Shown here in pieces: positions 11,990 to 22,603 of a stretch of DNA of 64,000 nt. The translations under genes were made by a program, and so were the position numbers. Source of the DNA: Nemertoderma westbladi (Eukaryota > Animalia > Xenacoelomorpha); NCBI GenBank assembly GCA_032718475.1, contig JAUCBJ010008854.1:1-64000 (forward strand), in the 5' to 3' direction. The notes below the pieces were generated by a model that did no database searches, was not told the origin of the DNA, and worked only from the letters and a program-made list of their open reading frames with translations. Every line of letters starts with the position of its first letter. Positions within the stretch are counted from its first letter, which is position 1.

Positions 11990-12663
11990 AACAGTAAAAG
12001 TGTCCGAGTCTGTACTCCCACATATTCCCATAGGCGATATCGCCTTTGCTGAAGTGAAGGCTGCTGCAAAGAGCATTAAGACCAATCGTGCCAGTGGAGT
12101 AGATGGTGTTCCCCCCGAGGTCTTTTAAATTCCTGAGTGTTTAAAGCTCATCATAGTAGGCATGTACAGAACAACGAGAGTCCCGCAAGAAATGAAAACA
12201 AATAAGTTGGTGCCAGTTCCCAAGAAGGGCAACCTAACACTCTATGGTTCTTTTCGGGCAATCTCATTGATCTCGATTGCTGCAAAGCTATACAATAGAA
12301 TTCTATTAAATCGCATCAGGGATCCCATTGAAAGACTGCTACGTGGAAATCAGAATGGGTTCCGTAAAGGTTAGTGGGACCAAGGACAACTAAGGTTATG
12401 GAGGACCTGTCTGTTTAACTTTATTGACTTCTTCAAGGCCTTTGATTCAGTCACTCGCTCACGTATGTTCAGCATACTTTCATTATATGGGATTCCTGAT
12501 GAAATTATTGCAGCAATCAGATCAGTATACGATGGTTCGACAACATTTGTGTCTACTGTTGACGGTGACAGAGAACCATTAGAAGTGTTATGGGGAGTCC
12601 TCCAGGGAGACACAGTTGCACCATTCTCATTCATAATTGTGGTTGACTATGTTCTACGCATGG
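11990..12663 (+). mobile_element. Degenerate RTE-type LINE RT region, 5' part, interrupted by the LTR element
   Basis: EVKAAAKSIKTNRASGVDGVPPEVF, PKKGNL...FRAISL, QNGFRKG, DFFKAFDSV, GVLQGDTVAP. Stops are present; the frame is cut at YVLRM by the LTR. Confidence 0.9.
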
Positions 12664-13865
12664 TGTAAAAGCTTTTGCTGAATTGCCCGGTTATTTTTCC
12701 TTATTTTTCCCGTAAAATACTCTGTAGTTGGTTTAATAGGCGTAAGAGGCCGTATTATTGCTGTATCGGTGTTTTTAGAGGATCTAAGAGCTATTTCTTC
12801 CGTATGTGTACTGTGGAAGGCATAGTTGATGATTCTATGGCAATTCCGTGACGCAAAAGGGGATAGCTACTCTTGAACAGTAGTTACTATGACGACGGTT
12901 AACAGATGATATTCATACGTGTCGATTTTCTTTGTTCTACGGCATCTCTCAGTTCAGTCAACCAATCAGAGCGTTTTTACTGTTCTTGTATAGAAATTTC
13001 CTAGAAATCACGCAATGCTGTATGGGCAGTGTTGACATTCTGTCCTGAGCCAGGAGAGAGCGGCTTTGGAATATTTTGTGCTTTTCTGCTTTAGCCTAAC
13101 ACTAGTAGGCTTAATTATAAGGGCATATATCCGTTATCACACTTAATATCTCACTGGTTATCACTGGTTAACTGGCCCATACTGTGCAACTTAACTTAAC
13201 AGTACTGCTCTGCTGTCGGTTATTCATTATATTTGTTGATGAATTATTATATTTGGAATAACGAGAAATAACCCCGAAACCCAATATTATTGATATACCG
13301 AAGGTAAGAGAGAAAGGTTACATATAACGATTGCGACTTATGTTAAAGTGGTTTGAAGTGAATCTAATGTTATTTGATAGACCCTACATGAGTCGGTCTG
13401 TGTTCCTTTTATATGTGACTAAAATCAGTGAAGATCGGCAGATTAGTGTGCAGTATTGTGCAGCATTGTGTATGAGTGAGACTGATAACGAAGCATTTCC
13501 TAAAGAATGCGCCATATATGTGAATTGTAACTAAGCCATATCGTTGTGAGTAGTTTAAGTCATAACTCTGTTTATATAGATAGAGCGCCACGTCCTAAAG
13601 GAACTGTTAATATTCCCCGAAGGTGAATAATATTGTCAGAGATTATATAATGCTGTCAGTCGAATAATACATTAGGCTTACATAGCAATACGATTAAGCC
13701 CTCGAAGTCAATCTCCCGGGTATATCCAACGGGTGAATGATCGCGCACAGATTGGTTTCAACTAGTGTAGTGAATCAAATACTTGTTAGAGGCTAAAGCG
13801 ATTTATTATCTAGAAGACATCCTAATTTGGCGGGTTAAACTGCCAAAGGTCTGAAAGCGCGAACA
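12664..13865 (+). repeat. 5' LTR (1202 bp)
   Basis: TGTAAAAGC...GCGCGAACA; about seven differences from the 3' LTR seen by eye. Confidence 0.97.
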
Positions 13866-14146
13866 ATAACGGATATAGCTTCTGTATTGCAGTAGGCAAT
13901 AAAGCTGAAGTACCGGCAACCGGTACCCAGTAGGCCTGACTACCTAACCACCCGGACCGGTACCTACAGCAGTACAGGTACAGCAGTATTATTCGATTTT
14001 GATAATTATATACCGGTAGGCCTTAATAATTAATCAGGGACTGCAGCCTTGGTTTTTTATTGAGATTTTTACTTATTTCTGTCAAGTTTTATTTGTTTGT
14101 AGGCCAGTATTGAACAGAAGGCGTGTAAGCCTGATCAGATTGTACA

Positions 14147-14720
14147 GACAATTTGTAGGCTGAGCTGTTGTCTGATTGCTGTTAAGTCTGAACGGATTGC
14201 AGTGTGTGTAGATCACCTGTCCGATAAAGAACGGTTAGGAAGTAGGGGCAGCCAAAGCTGTAAGGTAAACCCCCAACTAAAGAATAAGTCGTACTACTGG
14301 GTTAGAACGCATACTACCTAATCATTTCGGAGTCTGCATGTCCTGTAGTTTATTTAGGCTTGAGAGTAGTCTGCCATCGTTTAGTCTGTACTTTGTTTGT
14401 GTAGTCTGTACAGGTAGCGTATAATATTTATTTAGATAATTTGTAGGCTGGATAGTTGTCTGGCTGTTATTAGGTCTGAAGGATTGCAGTGTGTGTAGAT
14501 CACCTGTCCGATAAAGAACGGTTAGGAAGTAGGGGCAGCCAAAGCTGTAAGGTAAACCCCCATCTAAAGAATAAGTCGTACTACTGGGTTAGAACACATA
14601 CTACCTAATCATTTCGGAGTCTGCATGTCCTGTAGTTTATTTAGGCTTGATAGTAGTCTGTCAGTATTTGGTCTGCATTTTGTTTGAGTAGTTTGTACGC
14701 GTAGCGTAATATTTATTATT
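14147..14720 (+). repeat. ~290-bp tandem duplication in the LTR-element leader
   Basis: GGATTGCAGTGTGTGTAGATCACC...TTTATTTAGGCTTGA occurs twice (units start near 14147 and 14435). Confidence 0.85.
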
Positions 14721-16036
14721 CAGAGTTTATGCGATTATTCGCAACATTCATTCCCCAAGTTTGTTCCTACAATAATTGTGTTTGTTATACATACCGCTAT
14801 AGTTAAATTAACCCCGGTACTACACGGGCTGCTTGGCGTAGGTAAAGACTGGTGATTTTGTGCACCGGTCACTCCAGCAGATGCCGTGGTTCTTTTAGCT
14901 GTTCAAGTATATTTAACTACTGATTATCTGTTGTACAAGTACTCGTACCTAATTTAGGGTTTAGTGTACAGTGCTTTCCGAAAGTAATTAGTGTAGGCAT
15001 TATATTTGTGTTGTAAAGTGGTTGATAGGCACGTTCGATTAGCTCTATTAACTTCTAGGTAGGAACACTCCGTGATACATAACGTAGTACCTATAGCGAT
15101 ACGGCTATAGGTCGTCAGGCGGTGGTATTTTCCTATCTGGACAACGCAGTGTATTTACTACTACTTATTATTTTCAAATACCGTAGTACCCTGTCCGTTG
15201 TAATAACCAGATTTCTAACCCTTTGTTAGGCTGGTTTGTAGACTTCTTGTAAAATTACCCTGAAAATTCGTATTTTGTGTTTTTGTAAATTTTTGTGTTT
15301 ATTTAGAGATTGTAATCTCACCCGAATTGTACGTAATTTGTAGTATTAAGTAACTTAGGTAAATTAGAATTATTTGTTTTAGTGTCCTATAAGTAACACT
15401 TCACTGAAAGCGCACCGCTTTGTGTAGTGATTACTCCCCAGAAATAATAACATTTATTTCAAACATAGACAAAACCCATTAAAACGGGTATATATATATT
15501 ATAAATCAAATCTAACGATTTATAAATAGTAGGCCTACCATACAACCATTAGGTCTCAATATCAGTTGGATTACTGCTCAAATAATGGTAATAAAGTAAG
15601 TAAAGTAACCAAGTAACCCTAAAATTCAGAAATTCAATTATTTAAAATAATTGATATACCGGTATTTACGATAGGCCTATTATCTTTATTTCTATAAATT
15701 TAGGCTGAAATTATACCGGTACTTGTAATTAATTCTAGTCCAGAATTATATATACTACAAACTGTAAGCTGTATACCGGTATTCTCGATAGGCCTATTAT
15801 ATATTTATATATATTTGTGCTAAAATTATACCGGTATTCTGTGATAAACCTAGTCTGTAATAATACTTATATAGTTATATATGCTATAAGCATACCGGTA
15901 TCCTAATATATTATATATATCACGCTACACTGAGTAGCAGTATCGGTAATTAATTACTAGGCTAGCAGTTAATACTGAGTTACTAGACTTGCTCAGACTG
16001 TAATATAGCAGTAGGCATTCAACTGTACACATAAAC

Positions 16037-19000
16037 ATGTCTGATACTAAGCAGAACCTGTCGGACAGTTTATTAGATGTAACTATCTGCGACTCAGATA
16101 GAGGCGTAGAACCGTCTAGTCGTAAGTTCAGTTCACCTCCCACTGTGAGGAAGGTCATCCCTCCTGTAGTAATAACAGAACCTAGGCTGGTCCAACATCG
16201 TAGGTCTATCATAGGCACTCGAGCTCAGGTCAAGCGGGACCAAGAAGCAGCAGAACAGCAACCACCCGCGAGCCAAGAACTTATTTCTCAGCGGCCCGAC
16301 AGCTCCAGTAGTGAAGATACTGTAGAACTGACACCCGAGCGCGGAGCAAGGATGACGGATGCGGTTTATTCGGATCCCCTTCTCATCCTTCCTGCAGCCG
16401 TACTCACTAGGCTATTGATCGCGGTGGAAGAACACCAGATCGATTGGGCGAGAAGTAAGCGCTCAACTAAAGATAGTTATGCGGGATACACAAGGGAAGA
16501 ACTGAAGTCCATGGTCGAGTCGCAATGGAACTTCCCCGGACCCGGACTCCCGTTTGATTTATCAGAAGCTGCCTGGGAAGACATACACCGGATGGGAGTA
16601 GCCAAGGAAACCATCGATCCAGCTGTGTGGAAGAGGTCCGCAGCCGGATACGCACAGGGATTCTTCAGCTCTATGGAGCGAGTAGAAAAACAACTGTTAC
16701 AACAACCTCAAGGACCTCAAGAGCAGGGACAACTGCTTTATCAAGTTAGAGAAAGAATTCTGCGAATCAGGCTAATATTATCGGCCTTTGAGGAGGCTTC
16801 TAAACGAAGGCAAGACACGTCGTTGCAAGTTGCCGTAAAGACTTGGTTTCAACGGGTGAGTCGCCAGGTTCAAGGAACAGCTCAGTGGAAAGCTCAGCTG
16901 GAGGAGCTCTCAACCCATGGAGAATCAACAGACGCTACTTTTTCCCAAGTGGAAAGTGAAGCGACGGCAGAGAAGCCGCATAAGAGGGATGCCATTGACA
17001 TCTATCTGTCAGACTATCAACGTTTTTTAGGTGATGAAGAGTTGAGGAGAAGGTTAGATGGACTTAGCCCTAATAGTGAAGGAACTCAGCGTGTGTTGGA
17101 TGCCATCGATGTGGAAATGAGGGCTGCGAACCAGGCTAAATTTGATGAACAACTCCGCATCACAAGAGTCCAAGAAGAACAAGTAAAGAAAAAACGTATA
17201 GAAGACAGAAAGGCAGCGGCAGTAGCAGCAGCAGTGGCATCTGCAGAAGTAGAAAGAAAAGAGGCAGCGGCAGCGGCAGAGGCAAAAGCGGCAGAAGCAG
17301 AAAGAAAGGCGGCAATGGCAGCGGCCAAAGCGGAAAGAAAGGCGGCAGAGGCAGTGGCAGAAGCAGAACGGAAAGCGGCTGAAGAAACCACCCAATTAGA
17401 ATTGGAAAATATTCAGGAGAATCAAGACTGCATAAATAAACAGTTAACAGCTAGTAATATGCAGATGATGAATCGATCTACTCCCAAAAGACAGGGATAT
17501 ACATCATCTGAGGAAGGCGATACCACCGATACTGAAGGCAAAGGAAATAGATCTCGTCTAAGCAGACGTAGAAGAACATCCCACCGTCATAAATTGCCTG
17601 ATTTGCCTCCAGCTGTTAGAAGGCAACTAAATAACACCAACTTAGGTAGTACAGAACCCGTAGACCAGGTGGTTAAAATAGAAAGACTCCCTACTATAGT
17701 AGATGAGCCTGAAATAATTAGGCCTGTTCTTGAAATCACCCCTTCGGTGATAGACACACCTGTGCTCCCTGAAGTTACCTCTAAATTCCCTCTGCACAGC
17801 ACTAAGCTACCTGTGCCCAGTAGAACAGCCCATGAGACAGTTCAGGTCCTGGACCCCGAGCGAAATATTCATGATTTGTCGCCCGTTGTCCCTCGTCCGC
17901 CCGCTACAACGTTGGCGACTCCCGCTTCTGCGGTCGAATGGGTGGACGAGAGACGGCGGGGGATGGATCTCCTGCTCGGGCAGATGCAGGAGACTGTTCA
18001 GCAATTCAAGGGCACAGTAAGGGAAAGTAGGCTAGAGTTGCAAGAAGTGCAGCAAAGTATCGCGCTAGAACGCGATAAATTAGTAAATACACAAAGGGGT
18101 ATACCACCACCCTTGGTAACAATGTGTCAACCTGTTAGGTCTGAAGTATCTCATGCGCAAGGTGTGGAGCCTACACGCATATATACTGCTAGCGAAGTAG
18201 AAACTCCTATAGTGAACCCTATTAAGGGTAATTATAGACCTGTTGATAATGACATTCCCTATAGACCTGATCATAATCCGAGAAATTTATATACCGATAA
18301 CTCGATATTAAATAACACGATGGCCCAAGAAAGTTTTACGCGTCAAATGGCTAGAACCGAAGCCCGGCAAGCGGTGAAGGTGGGAGAGATCGTCAAGTTC
18401 AATGGAGATGAGATGAAATGGTTACCTTTTAATGAATATTACAAAGATAACATACAGAACTCTGTACTATCTAATGGAGAGAAACTTAGATTCCTCATCG
18501 AGTGCTTGGAAGGATCTCCCAAGTTAATGGCGTTAAAGTTTATTGGACATCCAGACGGATTAAGACAAGTTTGGGATACACTAAACATCAGCTATGGTAA
18601 TAGGAATAACATAGCTGGGTATTTGTATGCAAAGTTGGTAGCGCCCCGAAAGTTTATTAGCAACGGGATTATAGAGTTTTCCGATGAAATTCAGGAGATC
18701 TGCAGACAATTAGATTGGCTAGGTAAGTCTCATGAGTATCAGAGTGCTATGGTTATTAGAGCAGTGGCCTCTACTTTACCGAAGGGTGGAGTAGGTACAC
18801 GCTGGGACAAGAAAGTGTTATACATGATGGAACAACAACAACGAGACCCTACCATGACTGATCTCATGACATTCTTGGATGGCGAAGTGAAATTACAGCT
18901 CATAAAGCAGTCCAGAGAGAAGACATCGGAAAACAAGGTAAGTGAGAAACCCGTCTCCAGAAGAAAGGTAACACCAGTGTGTTATACCGACGACGGCGAA

Positions 19001-22000
19001 AGCCAAGCTTCCCAAGAGGAGGACAGCGGGAAAGACACTGAAAGATCTTATTATGTCAATAAAACACCTAACGAACAGGGAAGTAAATTTAAGTCTCGAT
19101 CCAATGACAAGAGAGAACAGGTAAGAAAAACTCCTCCTACGTCTCCCAAGAGAATTCAGGTGAGAAAGCCCGAAGAAAGAACGAGAGTGCACCATGTTAC
19201 CCAAAATAAGGTAAGTAACATCAAACCGAAATGTGCGCTATGTGACGGGACCCACCGTTTGAATATGTGTGATGAATTCCTGAAGAAATCATTAACGGAG
19301 AGACGAGAAGTCATGTGGGATAAGCGGTTATGTTATAATTGCCTCAGACAAGGACACCAACGGCGAACCTGTTACTCAGACATAAGGTGTGCAAAGTGTG
19401 GTGCGAAACATCATATCTTGTTGCACGCTGAATTCGATCGAAATAGTCCGAATCAGGTAAGTGATTCCGAACTACATGTCCAATTCAGTGATGTGAACGA
19501 CACTGATCAATCTGAGATGGAAGGATTCTATACGGACGAGTTCTCCGACGAAAACAAATCCTGTTACATGATAAATACCGCAGTGTATCGAGCACTCACA
19601 TATGAAAAAGATACAGACAGCGACCTCACTCTAACTACTTCTGATCGACAACCATCTTGGAAAGAGCCATCTTCCAATGTAGGGATCCGAGAGTTTCCTG
19701 TGGTGCAAGTAAGGGTTCACGGACCTAAAAGGAGTTATGTAGTGAACGCCCTCCTTGACTCCGGTAGTACAGGAACATTCATCGACAAAGAGCTAGCCGA
19801 AGACATATTTGCTGGACAACCCAAGTTCCGAACTAAGCTAAACATGTCAGGCATTATGCAAGTTTGGAAATCTACAGTAACAGCTGATTATTATGTAGGC
19901 GCGTTGTCCACCCCACAGGACGAACTAGGAGAACATAGCATAAGGTCAGTGAAAATGGTGGCTATAAAGAACTTCGCTACTACTCAAGCAGACCTTTATA
20001 ATTGGGACGAGGATGAGAGCATCCAACATCTTAAGATACCTCGATTCCAGACTGATTATCCTGGAGTGCAAATACTCATCGGCCAAAACGCGCATGAGGC
20101 GCTGGAGACATTAGAGAAACGGCCTGCTCAACCACAGCCACTACAGACCTATGCGGTAAGAACTAGAGTAGGTTGGTACTTTACTGGCCCTTCCCGTAGA
20201 ACACTCAGAGAAAGACTACCGCAAGAGCTCGTCTGCCAGGTGAGTGAATGGGAAGATGATACTAGTGAGGGAGACGATTTAACTGAGGGAACTCCATACT
20301 CCTCAGATAACGACGACATTCACCAGCTTTTTGATGAGGAGAATACCATCGATCTCCTTAAGGAAAACGAGGCTTGGCAAAACCAAGTGAACTTATGTCA
20401 ACTTCTTTATCCATCTGAACGAGAAGCTTATAACGACGAGTTAAATGACGTCATTGAGCGTTGTAATGCCAAGACTCGAGATGAACATGCCGTACGATTC
20501 TTTACGCAAGAGGCGGTAGAGCCCAATTCCTACGATAAAGCCTTATCGGTGGAAGAGGAAAGGGCCAAGCAGATCCAAGAGACAACTACACGTTTCCTCA
20601 AAGATCAAGGTAGGTATGAAGTCGGTCTACCTTTCCGCAAGAGAGAACCGAAGTTCATCAATAACAGACCCTTGGCGGAAAAAAGAATCGCGCAACTCCA
20701 TCGACGCCTTACGGCCAATTCTTCAGCCAAAGAAATGTATCAAACACAGCTGAAGAAATTTATTAGTAAGGGATACGCGGAGAGAGTACCGGAAGAAACA
20801 CCTGTGACTGAAAGAACGTATTACTTAACTCACCATTACGTTCCTAAACCCGGTAAGCCACATGAAGTGAGAGTAGTGTTTGATGGCTCCGCTCTTTACA
20901 TGGGTCAATCCCTTAACTCTGAATTGTTACCCGGACCCAACTTACTTCAATCTTTGTTGGGAATTCTTTTAAGATTGAGACAATATTCGATTGCTTTCGC
21001 CTCCGATATAGAAGGCATGTTCTTACAAGTCAAGGTGTTAGATAGGGATCGAGATAGTCTACGATTTCTGTGGTGGCCCGAAGGAGACCTCAACCAGAAA
21101 CCGGTGGAGTACTGGATGACCATCCAGGCCTTTGGGATAATCTCAAGCCCTTCCAACGCCTGTTCGGTAGTGCGTACCACTGCAGAGGACAACCGAGAGG
21201 CCTTCTCTAAGGAAGTGATCGACAACATCAAGCGGGACATATACATGGATGATAATCTGAAGTCTCTCCCATCAGTTGAAGAAGCCATCGAGGTCGCTAA
21301 AGGAACGGTAGAGTGCTTAAAAAGAGGTGGGTTTCGATTAACGAAATTCACCAGCAACTCCCGTGAGTTTCTGGAGTCGATCCCTGCGGAAGATCGAGGG
21401 GCGAAAGATCTAGATTTGATCAAAGATGATCTGCCAGAAACCAAGACACTCGGCTTGAAATGGGACACAGAGCGAGATATCCTGTTTTTCCAGCTAAAAC
21501 AGCGAGATAATCCAGTTCGAACCAAACGGATTTGCTTAAGTATACTGAGCACTTATTTCGATCCATTGGGATTTATTAGCCCAGTTATATTGATTGCTCG
21601 TAGTTTGGTACAACAAATGTGGCTTGAAAACCACTCATGGGACGATCCACTTAAGGGAGAATTATTAAAGAAGTGGATGAAATGGGAAGATTCTCTGCCG
21701 GCTATCGAGGATTTTATAATTTCCCGTTCATATTTTGGTCATGTTCTCCCTACGTATTCCTATCAACTCCATGTGTTTGGAGACGCCAGCGATATGGGAA
21801 TAGGTATAGTAGCCTATCTAAGAGTGGAAACTCCGGATGGAATCAAAGTCGCCTTGGTTACTTCTAAGGCATTAATCAACAACAAGTTGAAAGTTCCTCG
21901 AGCGGAGTTAAAAGCGGCTCTATACGCTACAGCCATCGGCCGGAATGTAACAGAACAGATTGACTATCCATTAGAGAAAACTGTCTATTGGACCGACGCT

Positions 22001-22603
22001 TTACTCGTGTTAGAGTATATAACCAATGAAGTCTGTCAGTTCAGCGTCTTCGTTACCAACAGAGTAGCCATCATACTTAGTCGCACGACGATGGACCAAT
22101 GGAGACATTGCCCCGGAACGATTAATCCAGCAGACATCGCTTCCCGAGGAGCGACTCCAAAGGAATTGGTAAATACTCCCGAATGGTTAGGTGGACCCGA
22201 CTTTCTCTACCAAGAAGAAGAAGAATGGCCTCCCCATCTCACAACAGCAGAGATCAGACAGGCCAAGGGAGTGGAGAAAGTTAAACCCAAAACTCGAGCG
22301 AGTAAATCGAAGTTGTTTAAACCTGCGGTTGATCTATCTGTATTATTTACTTCCGGAGAGGATGCTTTGGATCAGAAACCCACCGCCACGACTAAAGAAG
22401 TCTTGGAAATCCGTGACAAGGATTGGAAATCTGGAATACCAGATATCGCGCAAGGACTCTCACCCCTCTTGCAGAGAGCGATACGTCACTACAGCTCCTG
22501 GAATCGGCTCTGTAAAGCCGTCACCTATTTAAAACGATGTTTTCATCATCGTTACTCCGGGACAAAGACCAATAGTGATGATGCTCCATCAACGTCTGCA
22601 TGA
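16037..22603 (+). CDS. BEL/Pao Gag-Pol polyprotein (Gag, zinc knuckles, aspartic protease, RT, RNase H), 2188 aa
   Basis: KFNGDEMKWLPF Gag motif; CALC..H...C, CYNC...H....C, CAKC...HHILLH; LLDSGS; RVVFDGS, DIEGMFLQV, YMDD; FDPLGF; LHVFGDAS...PRAELKAA...WTDA...NPADIASRG. Confidence 0.95.
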   Translation: MSDTKQNLSDSLLDVTICDSDRGVEPSSRKFSSPPTVRKVIPPVVITEPRLVQHRRSIIGTRAQVKRDQEAAEQQPPASQELISQRPDSSSSEDTVELTPERGARMTDAVYSDPLLILPAAVLTRLLIAVEEHQIDWARSKRSTKDSYAGYTREELKSMVESQWNFPGPGLPFDLSEAAWEDIHRMGVAKETIDPAVWKRSAAGYAQGFFSSMERVEKQLLQQPQGPQEQGQLLYQVRERILRIRLILSAFEEASKRRQDTSLQVAVKTWFQRVSRQVQGTAQWKAQLEELSTHGESTDATFSQVESEATAEKPHKRDAIDIYLSDYQRFLGDEELRRRLDGLSPNSEGTQRVLDAIDVEMRAANQAKFDEQLRITRVQEEQVKKKRIEDRKAAAVAAAVASAEVERKEAAAAAEAKAAEAERKAAMAAAKAERKAAEAVAEAERKAAEETTQLELENIQENQDCINKQLTASNMQMMNRSTPKRQGYTSSEEGDTTDTEGKGNRSRLSRRRRTSHRHKLPDLPPAVRRQLNNTNLGSTEPVDQVVKIERLPTIVDEPEIIRPVLEITPSVIDTPVLPEVTSKFPLHSTKLPVPSRTAHETVQVLDPERNIHDLSPVVPRPPATTLATPASAVEWVDERRRGMDLLLGQMQETVQQFKGTVRESRLELQEVQQSIALERDKLVNTQRGIPPPLVTMCQPVRSEVSHAQGVEPTRIYTASEVETPIVNPIKGNYRPVDNDIPYRPDHNPRNLYTDNSILNNTMAQESFTRQMARTEARQAVKVGEIVKFNGDEMKWLPFNEYYKDNIQNSVLSNGEKLRFLIECLEGSPKLMALKFIGHPDGLRQVWDTLNISYGNRNNIAGYLYAKLVAPRKFISNGIIEFSDEIQEICRQLDWLGKSHEYQSAMVIRAVASTLPKGGVGTRWDKKVLYMMEQQQRDPTMTDLMTFLDGEVKLQLIKQSREKTSENKVSEKPVSRRKVTPVCYTDDGESQASQEEDSGKDTERSYYVNKTPNEQGSKFKSRSNDKREQVRKTPPTSPKRIQVRKPEERTRVHHVTQNKVSNIKPKCALCDGTHRLNMCDEFLKKSLTERREVMWDKRLCYNCLRQGHQRRTCYSDIRCAKCGAKHHILLHAEFDRNSPNQVSDSELHVQFSDVNDTDQSEMEGFYTDEFSDENKSCYMINTAVYRALTYEKDTDSDLTLTTSDRQPSWKEPSSNVGIREFPVVQVRVHGPKRSYVVNALLDSGSTGTFIDKELAEDIFAGQPKFRTKLNMSGIMQVWKSTVTADYYVGALSTPQDELGEHSIRSVKMVAIKNFATTQADLYNWDEDESIQHLKIPRFQTDYPGVQILIGQNAHEALETLEKRPAQPQPLQTYAVRTRVGWYFTGPSRRTLRERLPQELVCQVSEWEDDTSEGDDLTEGTPYSSDNDDIHQLFDEENTIDLLKENEAWQNQVNLCQLLYPSEREAYNDELNDVIERCNAKTRDEHAVRFFTQEAVEPNSYDKALSVEEERAKQIQETTTRFLKDQGRYEVGLPFRKREPKFINNRPLAEKRIAQLHRRLTANSSAKEMYQTQLKKFISKGYAERVPEETPVTERTYYLTHHYVPKPGKPHEVRVVFDGSALYMGQSLNSELLPGPNLLQSLLGILLRLRQYSIAFASDIEGMFLQVKVLDRDRDSLRFLWWPEGDLNQKPVEYWMTIQAFGIISSPSNACSVVRTTAEDNREAFSKEVIDNIKRDIYMDDNLKSLPSVEEAIEVAKGTVECLKRGGFRLTKFTSNSREFLESIPAEDRGAKDLDLIKDDLPETKTLGLKWDTERDILFFQLKQRDNPVRTKRICLSILSTYFDPLGFISPVILIARSLVQQMWLENHSWDDPLKGELLKKWMKWEDSLPAIEDFIISRSYFGHVLPTYSYQLHVFGDASDMGIGIVAYLRVETPDGIKVALVTSKALINNKLKVPRAELKAALYATAIGRNVTEQIDYPLEKTVYWTDALLVLEYITNEVCQFSVFVTNRVAIILSRTTMDQWRHCPGTINPADIASRGATPKELVNTPEWLGGPDFLYQEEEEWPPHLTTAEIRQAKGVEKVKPKTRASKSKLFKPAVDLSVLFTSGEDALDQKPTATTKEVLEIRDKDWKSGIPDIAQGLSPLLQRAIRHYSSWNRLCKAVTYLKRCFHHRYSGTKTNSDDAPSTSA

